A stretch of DNA of 64,000 nt, taken from Burkholderiaceae bacterium (lineage in GTDB: Bacteria; Pseudomonadota; Gammaproteobacteria; Burkholderiales; Burkholderiaceae_F). The notes below the pieces were generated by a model that saw only the letters and a list, made by a program, of their open reading frames with translations, made no database searches and had not been told where the DNA came from. Where the stretch lies: the NCBI GenBank assembly GCA_035623355.1, contig DASPTP010000028.1, positions 320-64,319 on the forward strand, given 5' to 3'. Made by a program: the position numbers and the translations under genes. Below are positions 1 through 9,575 of this stretch, one piece after another; within the stretch, counting starts at the first letter, position 1, and each line of letters opens with the position of its first letter.

Positions 1-273
1 GATAAACGTCGTTCCGGGCGGGGGTTTTCAAAAAAGCCAGGCGCACGATTCCTATGACGTAAGATTTGCAAAACAATCTGCGGTGTAAGCCCAGACCGCA
101 ATCTCCACGTCTTAGCGCAAGTGTGCATCGCGCAGCCCGTATTTCTAGTGTCGTTGGACAAAGCAGGAGATTCGTCGTAAAAAATTTGGAAAATTTGACG
201 TTGTGGGCGTGGACATCCCTGCGCAGCACGCTTGTTGTGCGGTAGCATCCGGGCCTCGACGGGTGGGGTCGTT

Positions 274-744
274 ATGGTTAGAAAACAAATCGAGGGCGCG
301 AATCTTGTTCAGACCCTGGTTCGCAGGGAAATCGATCGCGACGAGGCCTCGCGCTACCACCATCGCTTGCACGCTGTATTGCTTGTCGCCGCCGGGCGAT
401 CGTGTTCGGAAGTTGCCCAGTGGTTTGGTGAAAGTGCCAGCACCGTGCAACGATGGGTGCGACGATTTCAGGCGCGGGGACTCGATGGTTTGCACGAAGC
501 GGAGCGAACGGGCCGTCCGCGGTCACTCGATGACCTTCAATGGCGGCGGCTCGAGGCCGATCTGCGCAAGAATCCCCGTTATTTTGGATTTGCCTCTCGC
601 ACCTGGAATGGGCCGACTTTCGAGGAGCATCTGCGCCGATGCTACGGCGTGGACTTAGGGCTGCGGCAGTGTCAGCGTCTTTTTCAGCAGATGGGAACGC
701 GCCCCCGGCGCGTGCGCGCATCCGTGCTCTCGACGGGAGCCTGA
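274..744 (+). CDS. IS630-type helix-turn-helix / winged-HTH protein (transposase N-terminal half only, no DDE domain)
   Basis: RLHAVLL..GRSCSEVAQWFG..STVQRWVRRF..GLDGL..RTGRPRSL and W....L..HL...YGV.LGLRQCQRLF match IS630 ORF-A HTH domains; ATG at 274; no DDE ORF follows. Confidence 0.65.
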   Translation: MVRKQIEGANLVQTLVRREIDRDEASRYHHRLHAVLLVAAGRSCSEVAQWFGESASTVQRWVRRFQARGLDGLHEAERTGRPRSLDDLQWRRLEADLRKNPRYFGFASRTWNGPTFEEHLRRCYGVDLGLRQCQRLFQQMGTRPRRVRASVLSTGA

Positions 745-969
745 AGCGGTGGCGCTCGCCAAGCGCTAATTGTTCTGTGCACGCGGTCGCACTGCAAGGA
801 GCATAGGCGGATTAACGCCCGCCGAAACCGATCGGACCGCGCACTCGGCATAAAGTGCAACCGACGCGATCCGCCCGTGCGTTCGTTTGCCGTGCGCAAA
901 AAGGGCTGCCTTCGCATGCGTCGCGACGCGCTCACCGAATCAGGTCATGGCAAAGTGGTGCGCCAAGGT

Positions 970-2313
970 CTACCGGGTAAGCCAGGCGCGGTTGCGAACG
1001 GTCAGTAGCGCGTAGGGAAAAATCCAAACCAGCGCAAAGGAAGAAAAATACGCGTAGACCACGCCAAAGACGAACTCCCAGGATCGCTCGCTTCGCAAGT
1101 AATACAACGTGTAAAACAGGCTTGCGATCCCAATCGCCTCCAGCACGCGGACCAGTGTCCAGGGATCCTGATAGACGACAACAACGGTCATTGCCAGCAC
1201 GGCATAAGCGACTGGATAGCGAAGATTGGAGAGGGTCATGTCGACGATGGTTAACAATCGGAAAAGCGGAGGTCGGCGCCAGACGACCCGAGCCATGCGG
1301 AGCTCTTCCCGGATGTCGCTGCGATCCCAGCGCAGAAACATGCGGCACAGCTTGCGATAGGTATGCGGTACGATTGTCTCGACGATCGCACTGCGTTGGT
1401 AGACGGTATCAAAACCCGCGGCGAGTACGTCGTTGGTAAGAGCGCGGTCTTCGCCGATCGTGCAAGGCGCGCCCAGGAAGGTCTGTTCGCGCCAGCGCGG
1501 AAGAATGCGCCGCAAGACACTCGCCCGATACGCCGACAAGGCGCCCGGACAGCAGTAGACGGTGCGGTAGACAGACTGCGCGGCACGCAGAAAATCAAAC
1601 GTAAGCACAAAGCGCACATGCAGCATTCGCGGCAACAATCCCGCGAATCGATTAAACACCAATACCTTGCCACCGACGGCCCCGATCCGTGGGTCCCGGA
1701 AAGGCCCCGCGATCGCCAGTAGCGCACCCGGCTCGATCAGGCTGTCGGAATCCACCGTGACGACGATTTCTCCGCCGGCACGGTCGAACCCGACCGCGAG
1801 GGCCTCGCGCTTGCCCTGGTTGACCGCGAAGCGAACGGTCTTTACCAGGTCCGGGTGGCGGTTGGCCGCTTTGCAAATATGCACCCAGGTGTCATCGGTG
1901 CTGCCGTCGTCGATGACTAGAATTTCGAGTCGCTCTTTCGGGTAGCGTGCGGCCGCGCACGATTCGATGGACCGAGCCACCATCGCGCCCTCGTTGAAAG
2001 CGGGGATGACAACCGTAATGCTTGGGGCGTCCTCGAACCGCGCCGCGTCGGCGGGGGTATAACGGACCCAAAGGAAGGTGCGGACCACGAGCATGCCGGC
2101 GGCCACGTACAACCACAGCAAAGGCCCCAACGCGTTGGAGCCCCATCCATGACGCTGCACGAGTGCAACCACGGGGTCAAAAAAGCCGCTCGAAATTCCA
2201 AATCCGATCCAGGCGGCAAGCAGCAGCCAGATGCTGGCCAACGTCATGCGATCCCAGGCATCACTGGGCTGTCTGCAAGCAATCGGTAGTGCCGAAGTAG
2301 AAGAGGTGCCCAT
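970..2313 (-). CDS. Processive glycosyltransferase family 2 (hyaluronan synthase/NodC-like), membrane-bound
   Basis: IPAFNE, DDGSTD, GKREAL, VDSDS, CCPGALSAYR and GEDRALT motifs; MFLRW at the QxxRW position; N- and C-terminal TM helices; start uncertain (2313 or 2247). Confidence 0.85.
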   Translation of the reverse strand: MGTSSTSALPIACRQPSDAWDRMTLASIWLLLAAWIGFGISSGFFDPVVALVQRHGWGSNALGPLLWLYVAAGMLVVRTFLWVRYTPADAARFEDAPSITVVIPAFNEGAMVARSIESCAAARYPKERLEILVIDDGSTDDTWVHICKAANRHPDLVKTVRFAVNQGKREALAVGFDRAGGEIVVTVDSDSLIEPGALLAIAGPFRDPRIGAVGGKVLVFNRFAGLLPRMLHVRFVLTFDFLRAAQSVYRTVYCCPGALSAYRASVLRRILPRWREQTFLGAPCTIGEDRALTNDVLAAGFDTVYQRSAIVETIVPHTYRKLCRMFLRWDRSDIREELRMARVVWRRPPLFRLLTIVDMTLSNLRYPVAYAVLAMTVVVVYQDPWTLVRVLEAIGIASLFYTLYYLRSERSWEFVFGVVYAYFSSFALVWIFPYALLTVRNRAWLTR

Positions 2314-2617
2314 CGATAAAAAGAAAAAGCGGCGGCTTGGCGCATGCGTCCAACATATGCCGAGCCGCACCTGTGGGTGCGCTTACTGCGCGGTGGATCC
2401 CTCAGTGAGCCGCTTCGAAGCCGAAAATATCGACGCGGCAATCCGTCAGAGGAAAAACGAAGAGATTTCTCCCAGACCGAGCCGAGATGAAAACTCGCAA
2501 CGCGGCCGCATTCTAGCAAGCGACCGAAAGCCTGCCCTGCATCTTCGGAATTAGCTCAAACGCGGGATCGCCAGGCGAACTCGCTCCGGCGTCCCGCGGA
2601 CGCGCGTCGGCTCCGAC

Positions 2618-5047
2618 TTAGGACGGCAAACGCTCGTGCGTCGAATCGGCTGTTCCGATCGCAAAGCCGACCGCGTCCTCGATCCGATCCAGCCATACGA
2701 ACTGCAGTTTCTCTCGAGCCTCGGGCGGCACGTCCTCCAGATCCTTCTCGTTGCGTCGTGGCAGCATGACAATCGGTATGCCAGCTCGCAACGCGGCGAG
2801 AGTCTTTTCCTTGACTCCTCCGATGGGCATCACCAGCCCCCGCAGGCTGATCTCCCCTGTCATCGCTACGTCCGGACGAATAGGCTTGCCCGTCAGCAGT
2901 GAGACAAGGGCCAAAAACATCGCCACTCCCGCGCTCGGACCATCTTTCGGCGTGGCACCGGCCGGCACGTGCACATGCACATCGAACTTCTCGAGAGCAT
3001 CCCCCGTCCAGGTCTTGGCCAGCGTCAGGGCGGCCTGAGCGGACTCCTTCATTACGTCGCCGAGCTGTCCCGTAAGTATCAGGCGGCCGCTGCCCGGCAC
3101 TTTGCTTGCTTCGATAAACAAGATGTCCCCACCCACGGGGGTCCAGGCAAGTCCTGTCGCCACTCCGGGCATTCCGCTTCGCAGCGCCAGTTCGTTCTCA
3201 AAGCGCCGCGGACCCAGAATCGGCGAAAGATCGCCCGCGTCGAGGGTGACGACCTGTGTTCCGCCCTCGGCGATCCGCATCGCCACATGTCGTAAGGCAG
3301 CTCCAATCTCGCGCTCGAGATTGCGAACCCCCGCCTCGCGCGTGTAGTCCCGCACGATCGTCTCCAAGGCCGAGTCGGTCAGCGCGGCCTGCTCGGGCCG
3401 CAGACCATTGGCTTCGAGCTGGCGGCGCACCAAGTAGCGACGTGCGATTTCGATCTTCTCCTGCTCCGTGTACCCAGGAAGCTGGATGACTTCCATGCGG
3501 TCGCGCAGCGGGCCGGGTACGGTGTCCAGAACGTTCGCCGTGCAAATGAACATCACCCGCGACAGATCGAAATCCACCGCCAGATAGTTGTCGCGAAACT
3601 TGTGGTTTTGCTCCGGATCCAGCACTTCGAGCAACGCACTGGCCGGGTCTCCGTGAAAGCCACCCGCCCCCGTCTTGTCGATTTCATCGAGCATGAGCAC
3701 CGTGTTCGTCGTTCCGGCGCGGCGCATCGCTTGAATGATGTTGCCGGGCAGGGCACCGATGTACGTGCGCCGATGTCCTCGGATCTCGGCTTCGTCGTGA
3801 ACCCCGCCGAGCGCGACCCGCTGGAAGACGCGCCCCGTTGCGCGGGCGATCGATTGACCAAGCGAGGTCTTGCCCACGCCCGGTGGGCCGACAAAGCACA
3901 AGATCGGACTTTTCCCTTCCGGGTTCAGTTTGCGCACGGCCAGGTATTCCAAGATCCGCCGCTTGATTTTGTCCAGACCGAAGTGATCCTCATCGAGTAC
4001 GCGCCGCGCCTGTCCCAAGTCGATGGCTTGCTGGGGCTGCGGCTTCCAGGGCAACTCGGTCAACCACTCCAGATACGTGCGCAACATCGAGTACTCCGCG
4101 CCGCCGTCGCCCATGCGTTGCAAGCGCTTAAGGTCGCGTTGGGCGTGCTTGAGCACTTCCGCGGGCAATCCGGCGCTCTCGATCGCCTTCTTCAACTCTT
4201 CGACCTCGGCGCTGGCGTCCTCGCCTTCACCCAGTTCTTTCTGGATCTGCCGCAATTGCTCGCGCAACACGTGTTCGCGCTGGCGCTCGTCAAAATGCGC
4301 GCGGGTCTTCTCGCCGATTTCCTTGGAAAGCTTCAGAACCTCGGCGCGCGCCGAGAGCATGGCAATGACCTTGTCCAGACGGCGCACAAGGTCGAACGTC
4401 TCCAGGATGTCCTGTTTCTCCTCGTTCTTGACGTCCAGCAGATTGGCAACAAGGTCGGCCAAGATCGCCGGGGAGTCCATCCCGCGTACGACGCCGGCCA
4501 GTTCGTCGGGCGCGTGGGGCAGCAGTCCAATCGCCTCGATCGCCTGTTCCTTGAGCTGCAAGAAGCGGGCCTCCACCTCCGGTCCCTCGCTCTGCGGCTG
4601 CTCGACCATGACCACCCGCGCCACAAGAAACGGCCATCCTTCGAGAAACTCCAATACCCGAAAGCGTGACTCGCCCTGCACGACGAGATGATGGGTTCCC
4701 TCCTGACCCGTGATATAGCGGACGATCGGACCCGCGGTTCCCACCCAGTACAAGTCGTTAGGCACGACGTCGGCCTTCTGCGGATCGCGCTGCAGGAGAA
4801 AACCGGCCTTGAGTTCGCTTCGAACCGCCTCTTGGGCTGCGGCTATCGATGCCGCGCGGCCCACCGTTATGGGTGAGAGCGCGCCCGGAAACAGCACGGC
4901 ATTGCGCAGCGGAACGATGACAAGCGCGTCCTTGGGCAGAGGCTTGACCGGTGCACCGGTCTTGGTCGCGGCCGGCAAGCTCGCGCCGCCGGAATTGACC
5001 CCTTCCTGTCCCGACCAGGTCTTATGCAGCAATTGCCGATAATTCAT
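2618..5047 (-). CDS. lon: ATP-dependent Lon protease
   Basis: LON N-domain, Walker A GPPGVGKTS, HRRTYIGALPG, catalytic PKDGPSAG and GVKEK; ATG at 5047 after a GAAGGA RBS. Confidence 0.95.
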   Translation of the reverse strand: MNYRQLLHKTWSGQEGVNSGGASLPAATKTGAPVKPLPKDALVIVPLRNAVLFPGALSPITVGRAASIAAAQEAVRSELKAGFLLQRDPQKADVVPNDLYWVGTAGPIVRYITGQEGTHHLVVQGESRFRVLEFLEGWPFLVARVVMVEQPQSEGPEVEARFLQLKEQAIEAIGLLPHAPDELAGVVRGMDSPAILADLVANLLDVKNEEKQDILETFDLVRRLDKVIAMLSARAEVLKLSKEIGEKTRAHFDERQREHVLREQLRQIQKELGEGEDASAEVEELKKAIESAGLPAEVLKHAQRDLKRLQRMGDGGAEYSMLRTYLEWLTELPWKPQPQQAIDLGQARRVLDEDHFGLDKIKRRILEYLAVRKLNPEGKSPILCFVGPPGVGKTSLGQSIARATGRVFQRVALGGVHDEAEIRGHRRTYIGALPGNIIQAMRRAGTTNTVLMLDEIDKTGAGGFHGDPASALLEVLDPEQNHKFRDNYLAVDFDLSRVMFICTANVLDTVPGPLRDRMEVIQLPGYTEQEKIEIARRYLVRRQLEANGLRPEQAALTDSALETIVRDYTREAGVRNLEREIGAALRHVAMRIAEGGTQVVTLDAGDLSPILGPRRFENELALRSGMPGVATGLAWTPVGGDILFIEASKVPGSGRLILTGQLGDVMKESAQAALTLAKTWTGDALEKFDVHVHVPAGATPKDGPSAGVAMFLALVSLLTGKPIRPDVAMTGEISLRGLVMPIGGVKEKTLAALRAGIPIVMLPRRNEKDLEDVPPEAREKLQFVWLDRIEDAVGFAIGTADSTHERLPS

Positions 5048-5456
5048 ATGGATTCCTTCGCCTCGCGCCTTGTTCAACCGCCGGGACGGAACCGCACCCG
5101 CCACGCCGCGGCGCCCAGGGCATTTGTGCCGTAGGTGGGGCTGGAAGAGCCGGTTTCAATGGGGAAAAGTCTGCCGCGCGGCACCGATCGGTTCCCACGT
5201 TTGTTACGTCTGGAAACGAACTACCCGGCCATTACCGCGCTATTTGGCGTCAACGAGGCTTCGCGCCAAGCCGTTTGTAGTTGCGGGTCGGCCCCGGTCG
5301 TTGACCGCCAGACCTACCCCGCTCGGTGAGGTCCATGGCCGCATCGCCGAGCACTTTTTTGGGGGTCGCGGTTTGCTTTGCCGTCCAGTGGCCTTCGAGG
5401 AGCCTTACGACGCATTGCCAAGAAGGCTTTTTACCCTTTACCTTTGAGGAGAAGTT

Positions 5457-5705
5457 ATGAAAATCGTTCCCATCGTTGCCTCGATGCTGCTCGTTTCGGG
5501 TCTTGCCTATGCCGCCGAAGTGCGGGACTGGCACGATCTTGACAAGGTTCACAAGCATATCGTGGAGTCGATCAAGGAGATGGAGCGCGCCCGTGCCGCC
5601 AATCATTACGACATGGAAGGACATGGGGCGAAGGCCGAGCAGTTGCTGCGCGATGCCGAGCGCGAACTGCACGAGGCCGTCGAAGCGGCCAAGCACGCAA
5701 AGTAA
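5457..5705 (+). CDS. Small secreted His-rich helical protein (SmbP-like metal-binding candidate)
   Basis: GAGGAG RBS; signal peptide ending AYA|A; mature part helical with 7 His. Confidence 0.6.
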   Translation: MKIVPIVASMLLVSGLAYAAEVRDWHDLDKVHKHIVESIKEMERARAANHYDMEGHGAKAEQLLRDAERELHEAVEAAKHAK

Positions 5706-5864
5706 CGAGTCCGCGGACGTAAGGACCGTGTAACTTCGGCGCTGCGCCGCAAGGAGACCATCCCTTCCGAGCGCAGCGGCCGCTCCCGTCGTTCGTCCTG
5801 CGAGCGTCCCCCTGCGTTGCGCCCCGGCGTCTCGGACGCCGCGTACCGCGGGACCCGTCCGCGC

Positions 5865-6749
5865 TTAGGCCGCCGCCCGGCGCCTTGCGCTTGCCATCTT
5901 GGGTCCTGCCTTTTCAATGATCGCGTTGAGCGCGTCGGCAAGCGTGGGACGCGTGGTCCGGTAGATCACGCCCAGGGCCGGTCGATCCGCCTTCGCCGCC
6001 AGCGCGATGGCGGCTTGCAAGTCGCCCGTGTCGTGTCCCGATGGCACGTCAACGACATGCCCGCCAAGTTGCTGATAAGTCTTATCGGTTTTGTCGAAGG
6101 TGACACAGGGCGACAGAATGTGCAGGTAAGAAAAACCCCGATGCGCAATTGCCTGCTTGATCAGATCCTCGAGCTGCTGAGGGCGGCCGGCGTACGCTTG
6201 GCCCACCCAGGTTGCGCCGTAGGTCAGCACCATCATCAACGGGTTTAGCGGTCTGTCGAAATTCTCATAGGGACTGGTCGAAGTGCGAAAGCCGATGGCC
6301 GAGGTCGGTGAGGTCTGACCCTTGGTGAGCCCGTAGATTCCGTTGTCAAAGAGCAGGTAGGTAATGTCGACGTTGCGGCGCGCCGCATGCGGCACATGCC
6401 CGCCGCCGATTGCAAATCCATCGCCATCGCCACCAACAGCGATGACGGTAAGCGCGTCGTTGGCCGTCTTGATTCCCATGGCAACCGGAAGGACGCGACC
6501 ATGCAGCGTGTGAAAGCCATAGGTGTTGACGAAAAACGGGAAGCGGGACGAGCAGCCGATACCCGACACCACGACGGTATCTTTGGGCGAAATGCGGGCA
6601 TCGTTTAGCGCGCCGGGCAATCCGTCGACGATGCTGAAATAGCCGCAACCCGGGCACCAGGTCGGCATGGAGCGTGAGCGATACTCCAAGCGCCCCGAAT
6701 CGTGAATCTGCCGCAGTTTGTCCTCAAGATAAATCGGCTGGGTTTTCAC
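5865..6749 (-). CDS. 2-oxoacid:ferredoxin/acceptor oxidoreductase beta subunit (TPP-binding)
   Basis: WCPGCG, SGIGCSS, HTLHGR, GGDGDG..IGG, DNGIYGLTKGQ, SPCVTF; likely GTG start at 6749. Confidence 0.9.
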   Translation of the reverse strand: MKTQPIYLEDKLRQIHDSGRLEYRSRSMPTWCPGCGYFSIVDGLPGALNDARISPKDTVVVSGIGCSSRFPFFVNTYGFHTLHGRVLPVAMGIKTANDALTVIAVGGDGDGFAIGGGHVPHAARRNVDITYLLFDNGIYGLTKGQTSPTSAIGFRTSTSPYENFDRPLNPLMMVLTYGATWVGQAYAGRPQQLEDLIKQAIAHRGFSYLHILSPCVTFDKTDKTYQQLGGHVVDVPSGHDTGDLQAAIALAAKADRPALGVIYRTTRPTLADALNAIIEKAGPKMASARRRAAA

Positions 6750-6759
6750 GCTGCGCCCC

Positions 6760-8535
6760 CTATGCGGCCTTTTGCCGATGTGCGCCGACCAGACGCTGCA
6801 CTTCGGCGAGTATGTCAGCCACCGCGATCGGTCCACCGCAGACGCGCCCATAGCGGTGTACAAGGCGACCGGTTTCGGCTTGTACCAATCGAGCAAACTG
6901 TCCCTGGTAGTTCAGTTCGGGTACCAAAACGACGTCGCATTGGTCGATGAATTCCGCTACCGCTTTTGCCGGAAACGGCTGAAGCATGACGACTTTCATC
7001 GCCGCGCAGCGCAGACCTTCGGTTCGTGCCCGGAACATCGCCGCCAGGCATTCGCCGAATGTCGACCCCCAGGCCAGAAGGCCGACTTCCACTCGGCCCT
7101 CGTCACCAAATCGCTTGTAGTGCGTGAAGTCGGGATGATGCAGCGCCGCGAGCAGCTTTTCGTGGCGCTTGCGGCTCATCGCCTCATGGTTTTCGGGCTG
7201 CTCATTGACGCGACCGAACTCGTTGTGCTCGAGCCCCGTCACCACGTGCATTCCGCCGGCCGTACCCGGCAGCGCGCGCGGACTCACTCCGTCGGGCGTC
7301 AATGCAAAACGCTTGTAACCGGTGCCCAACTCCTGCTTGGCCAGCGGCTTATCGCAGTTGGGCTCAAACGGCGGTTTGGCCGGCATCACGACCGTCTCGT
7401 AGCGATTGGACAGGTACAGGTCCAGCAGAACGATCACGGGCGTCTGATAGCACTCGGCCATTTCAAAGGCCTTGCCCGCGCAGCGATAGCAACCCTCCAC
7501 ATTGGTCGGTGCAATCACAATGCGCGGCGCATCGCCGGGGCTGCCGTACAGCGCCATGTTCAGGTCCGACTGCTCGGTCTTCGTCGGAATCCCAGTCGAA
7601 GGCCCCCCACGTTGCGAGACCAGCAAGACGGCCGGCACCTCGGCCATGATGCCCAGTCCCAGCATCTCCGACATCAGGGCCAGTCCCGGTCCCGACGTCG
7701 CGGTGGCGGCACGTGCGCCTGTGTATCCGGCGCCAATCGTCGCGGCAATTGCGGAGATTTCGTCTTCGGTCTGCACCAGTCGCTTGCCGCGCTTGGGCAT
7801 CTCAACAGCCAGGCGTTCCATGATCGTGGTTGCCGGAGTGATCGGGTAGCCGAAGAAATTGTCGATTCCGGCGTCTAAACAACCGTCGACGACCGCGGCG
7901 TTGCCGCTGAGCATTACCGATTGCAGGCCCGCCACCGGCCGCCCGAAAACCACCATGTCGAGCTTGAAAGTCTCCATGCCCACCGCTCGGCCCGTCTCAA
8001 ACGCCTTGCGATTGGCCTCCGCGGCCGCTCCCTTTCCTTTGAACTTGCTCTCAATGATCCGTAAGAAGGGTTCGGGTGCCAGCGAATACAATCCGGCGAG
8101 ATAGCCAAGGGCAACGAGATTGCGCGAGCGAATCGCTCCGGTGGCTCGTTCGCTCAGTTCTCGCAACGCCAGCGGGTAGGGAATTTGCCCGGGGCGAACG
8201 TGCGCACTTACGTGCCCTCCCTCACTCAGGTGAGCAAGGGACTTGGACTCGTAGATGACCGCCCCGAAATCGCGCACATCGCCGACGTGCGGAATACTGT
8301 GCTCGTCGTTCAGACAAACCAGCACGTCGGACTTTTCCTTGAGCGAATACACTTGGTCGGTTGTTGCGCGCAAGCGCGCAACGCATTTGCCAAAACCGCG
8401 AATTTCGGCCGGGTACGCATCGAAACTAATAATCCGGTAGCCCGCAGCGGCAAGCGCATTGCGCAAGATGTCGCCGGCGGCGATCGTACCTTCGCCCGCC
8501 GACCCGCAAATGGAGATCTGTACGTCGGTTCGCAC
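6760..8535 (-). CDS. 2-oxoacid:acceptor oxidoreductase alpha subunit (fused gamma-alpha, KorA type)
   Basis: GSAGEG, YPAEIRG, GYPITP, EDEI, TATSGPG, QRGGPSTGIPTK; GTG at 8535 overlaps the upstream stop (TAGTG). Confidence 0.9.
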   Translation of the reverse strand: MRTDVQISICGSAGEGTIAAGDILRNALAAAGYRIISFDAYPAEIRGFGKCVARLRATTDQVYSLKEKSDVLVCLNDEHSIPHVGDVRDFGAVIYESKSLAHLSEGGHVSAHVRPGQIPYPLALRELSERATGAIRSRNLVALGYLAGLYSLAPEPFLRIIESKFKGKGAAAEANRKAFETGRAVGMETFKLDMVVFGRPVAGLQSVMLSGNAAVVDGCLDAGIDNFFGYPITPATTIMERLAVEMPKRGKRLVQTEDEISAIAATIGAGYTGARAATATSGPGLALMSEMLGLGIMAEVPAVLLVSQRGGPSTGIPTKTEQSDLNMALYGSPGDAPRIVIAPTNVEGCYRCAGKAFEMAECYQTPVIVLLDLYLSNRYETVVMPAKPPFEPNCDKPLAKQELGTGYKRFALTPDGVSPRALPGTAGGMHVVTGLEHNEFGRVNEQPENHEAMSRKRHEKLLAALHHPDFTHYKRFGDEGRVEVGLLAWGSTFGECLAAMFRARTEGLRCAAMKVVMLQPFPAKAVAEFIDQCDVVLVPELNYQGQFARLVQAETGRLVHRYGRVCGGPIAVADILAEVQRLVGAHRQKAA

Positions 8536-9575
8536 TAGGCGTACTCCCAAAACGGCGAATGAATTGTTGCACCATCTTCGATGTGCAGCGTCTCGTCCTG
8601 CGCCGGCTCAAACGTCTCGTCCTCCCCCGTCAGATTGCGCGCGGCCAGCTCTCCCATCACCCGCACATTCTTCCAGCCATAGTAAAAACGATAGCGCCTC
8701 TCCTCTCCCGACCAGATCTGGCACACATCGCCGGCAGCGAGGATCGACTCGTCAGTCGTACGCAACGTCGGGCTCACCAATAATCCGCGTTCGATGCCGA
8801 TCCCCGATCCAAGCATAAATTCGACCGAGGGAACCAGTCCAAACGAGGGCAACACGACATCGGCCGGGCACTCGCGACCGCTACCGAAAACGACGCGCCG
8901 CGTGGCAAACCCGCGAGCACCCGCCTCAATCGACGCGATGCCTCCCTCGTCATCGGCCTCAAGGACATCCAGGCCCATGCGCTCGAGGACCTGCAGCAGC
9001 TTTTGTCGCTGTTCCGGCGTCTCCTGGTGCGGCCAAAAGGTCTGCTTGCCTGCGATCAGCGCGACGCGGTGGCCCGTGTCGATCAGCGTGCGAGCGAGGT
9101 CCAAACCGATCATGTCGCCGCCGAGGATCGCCACCGTCCCGCCATCGGGCAGTTTGCGGCGCATCGCCATGGCTTGCTCGAAAGATCCAAAGCCGTCGAG
9201 CAGCGGTTGATATTCGGACAACTCTTCCGGCAAATAGGCGCGACCGCCGGAAGCGACCAGCAAAGTGTCGTACGGTAGCTCCTCATTGTGTTCGAGCATG
9301 ACCACTTTGCGCTTTGCATCCACGTTGACAACCCGCGTGCAGCGGCGCAATCCGATGCGTTGTTGCTCGTAGTACGCCGGCGGATCAACCAAGAACTCGC
9401 GCCAGTCATGGACCCCGCGGAAGACGCGCGGCAGATCGTAGCGGTTGTAAAACGGCAGCGCCGACAAAGTCAACAGGCTGATTCGAGCCTCGGGCTCACG
9501 CTGGCGGAGCGTGCGCGCCGCTTGGTTGCCCGCAACGCCGGTGCCGATGATCACGTGGTGGCGCGGCGCGCTCAT
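8535..9575 (-). CDS. FAD-dependent pyridine nucleotide-disulfide oxidoreductase (ferredoxin/rubredoxin reductase or PadH-like family)
   Basis: IIGTGVAG FAD motif, YDTLLVASG, T....ILAAGD; ATGA overlap with the upstream gene. Confidence 0.85.
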   Translation of the reverse strand: MSAPRHHVIIGTGVAGNQAARTLRQREPEARISLLTLSALPFYNRYDLPRVFRGVHDWREFLVDPPAYYEQQRIGLRRCTRVVNVDAKRKVVMLEHNEELPYDTLLVASGGRAYLPEELSEYQPLLDGFGSFEQAMAMRRKLPDGGTVAILGGDMIGLDLARTLIDTGHRVALIAGKQTFWPHQETPEQRQKLLQVLERMGLDVLEADDEGGIASIEAGARGFATRRVVFGSGRECPADVVLPSFGLVPSVEFMLGSGIGIERGLLVSPTLRTTDESILAAGDVCQIWSGEERRYRFYYGWKNVRVMGELAARNLTGEDETFEPAQDETLHIEDGATIHSPFWEYA

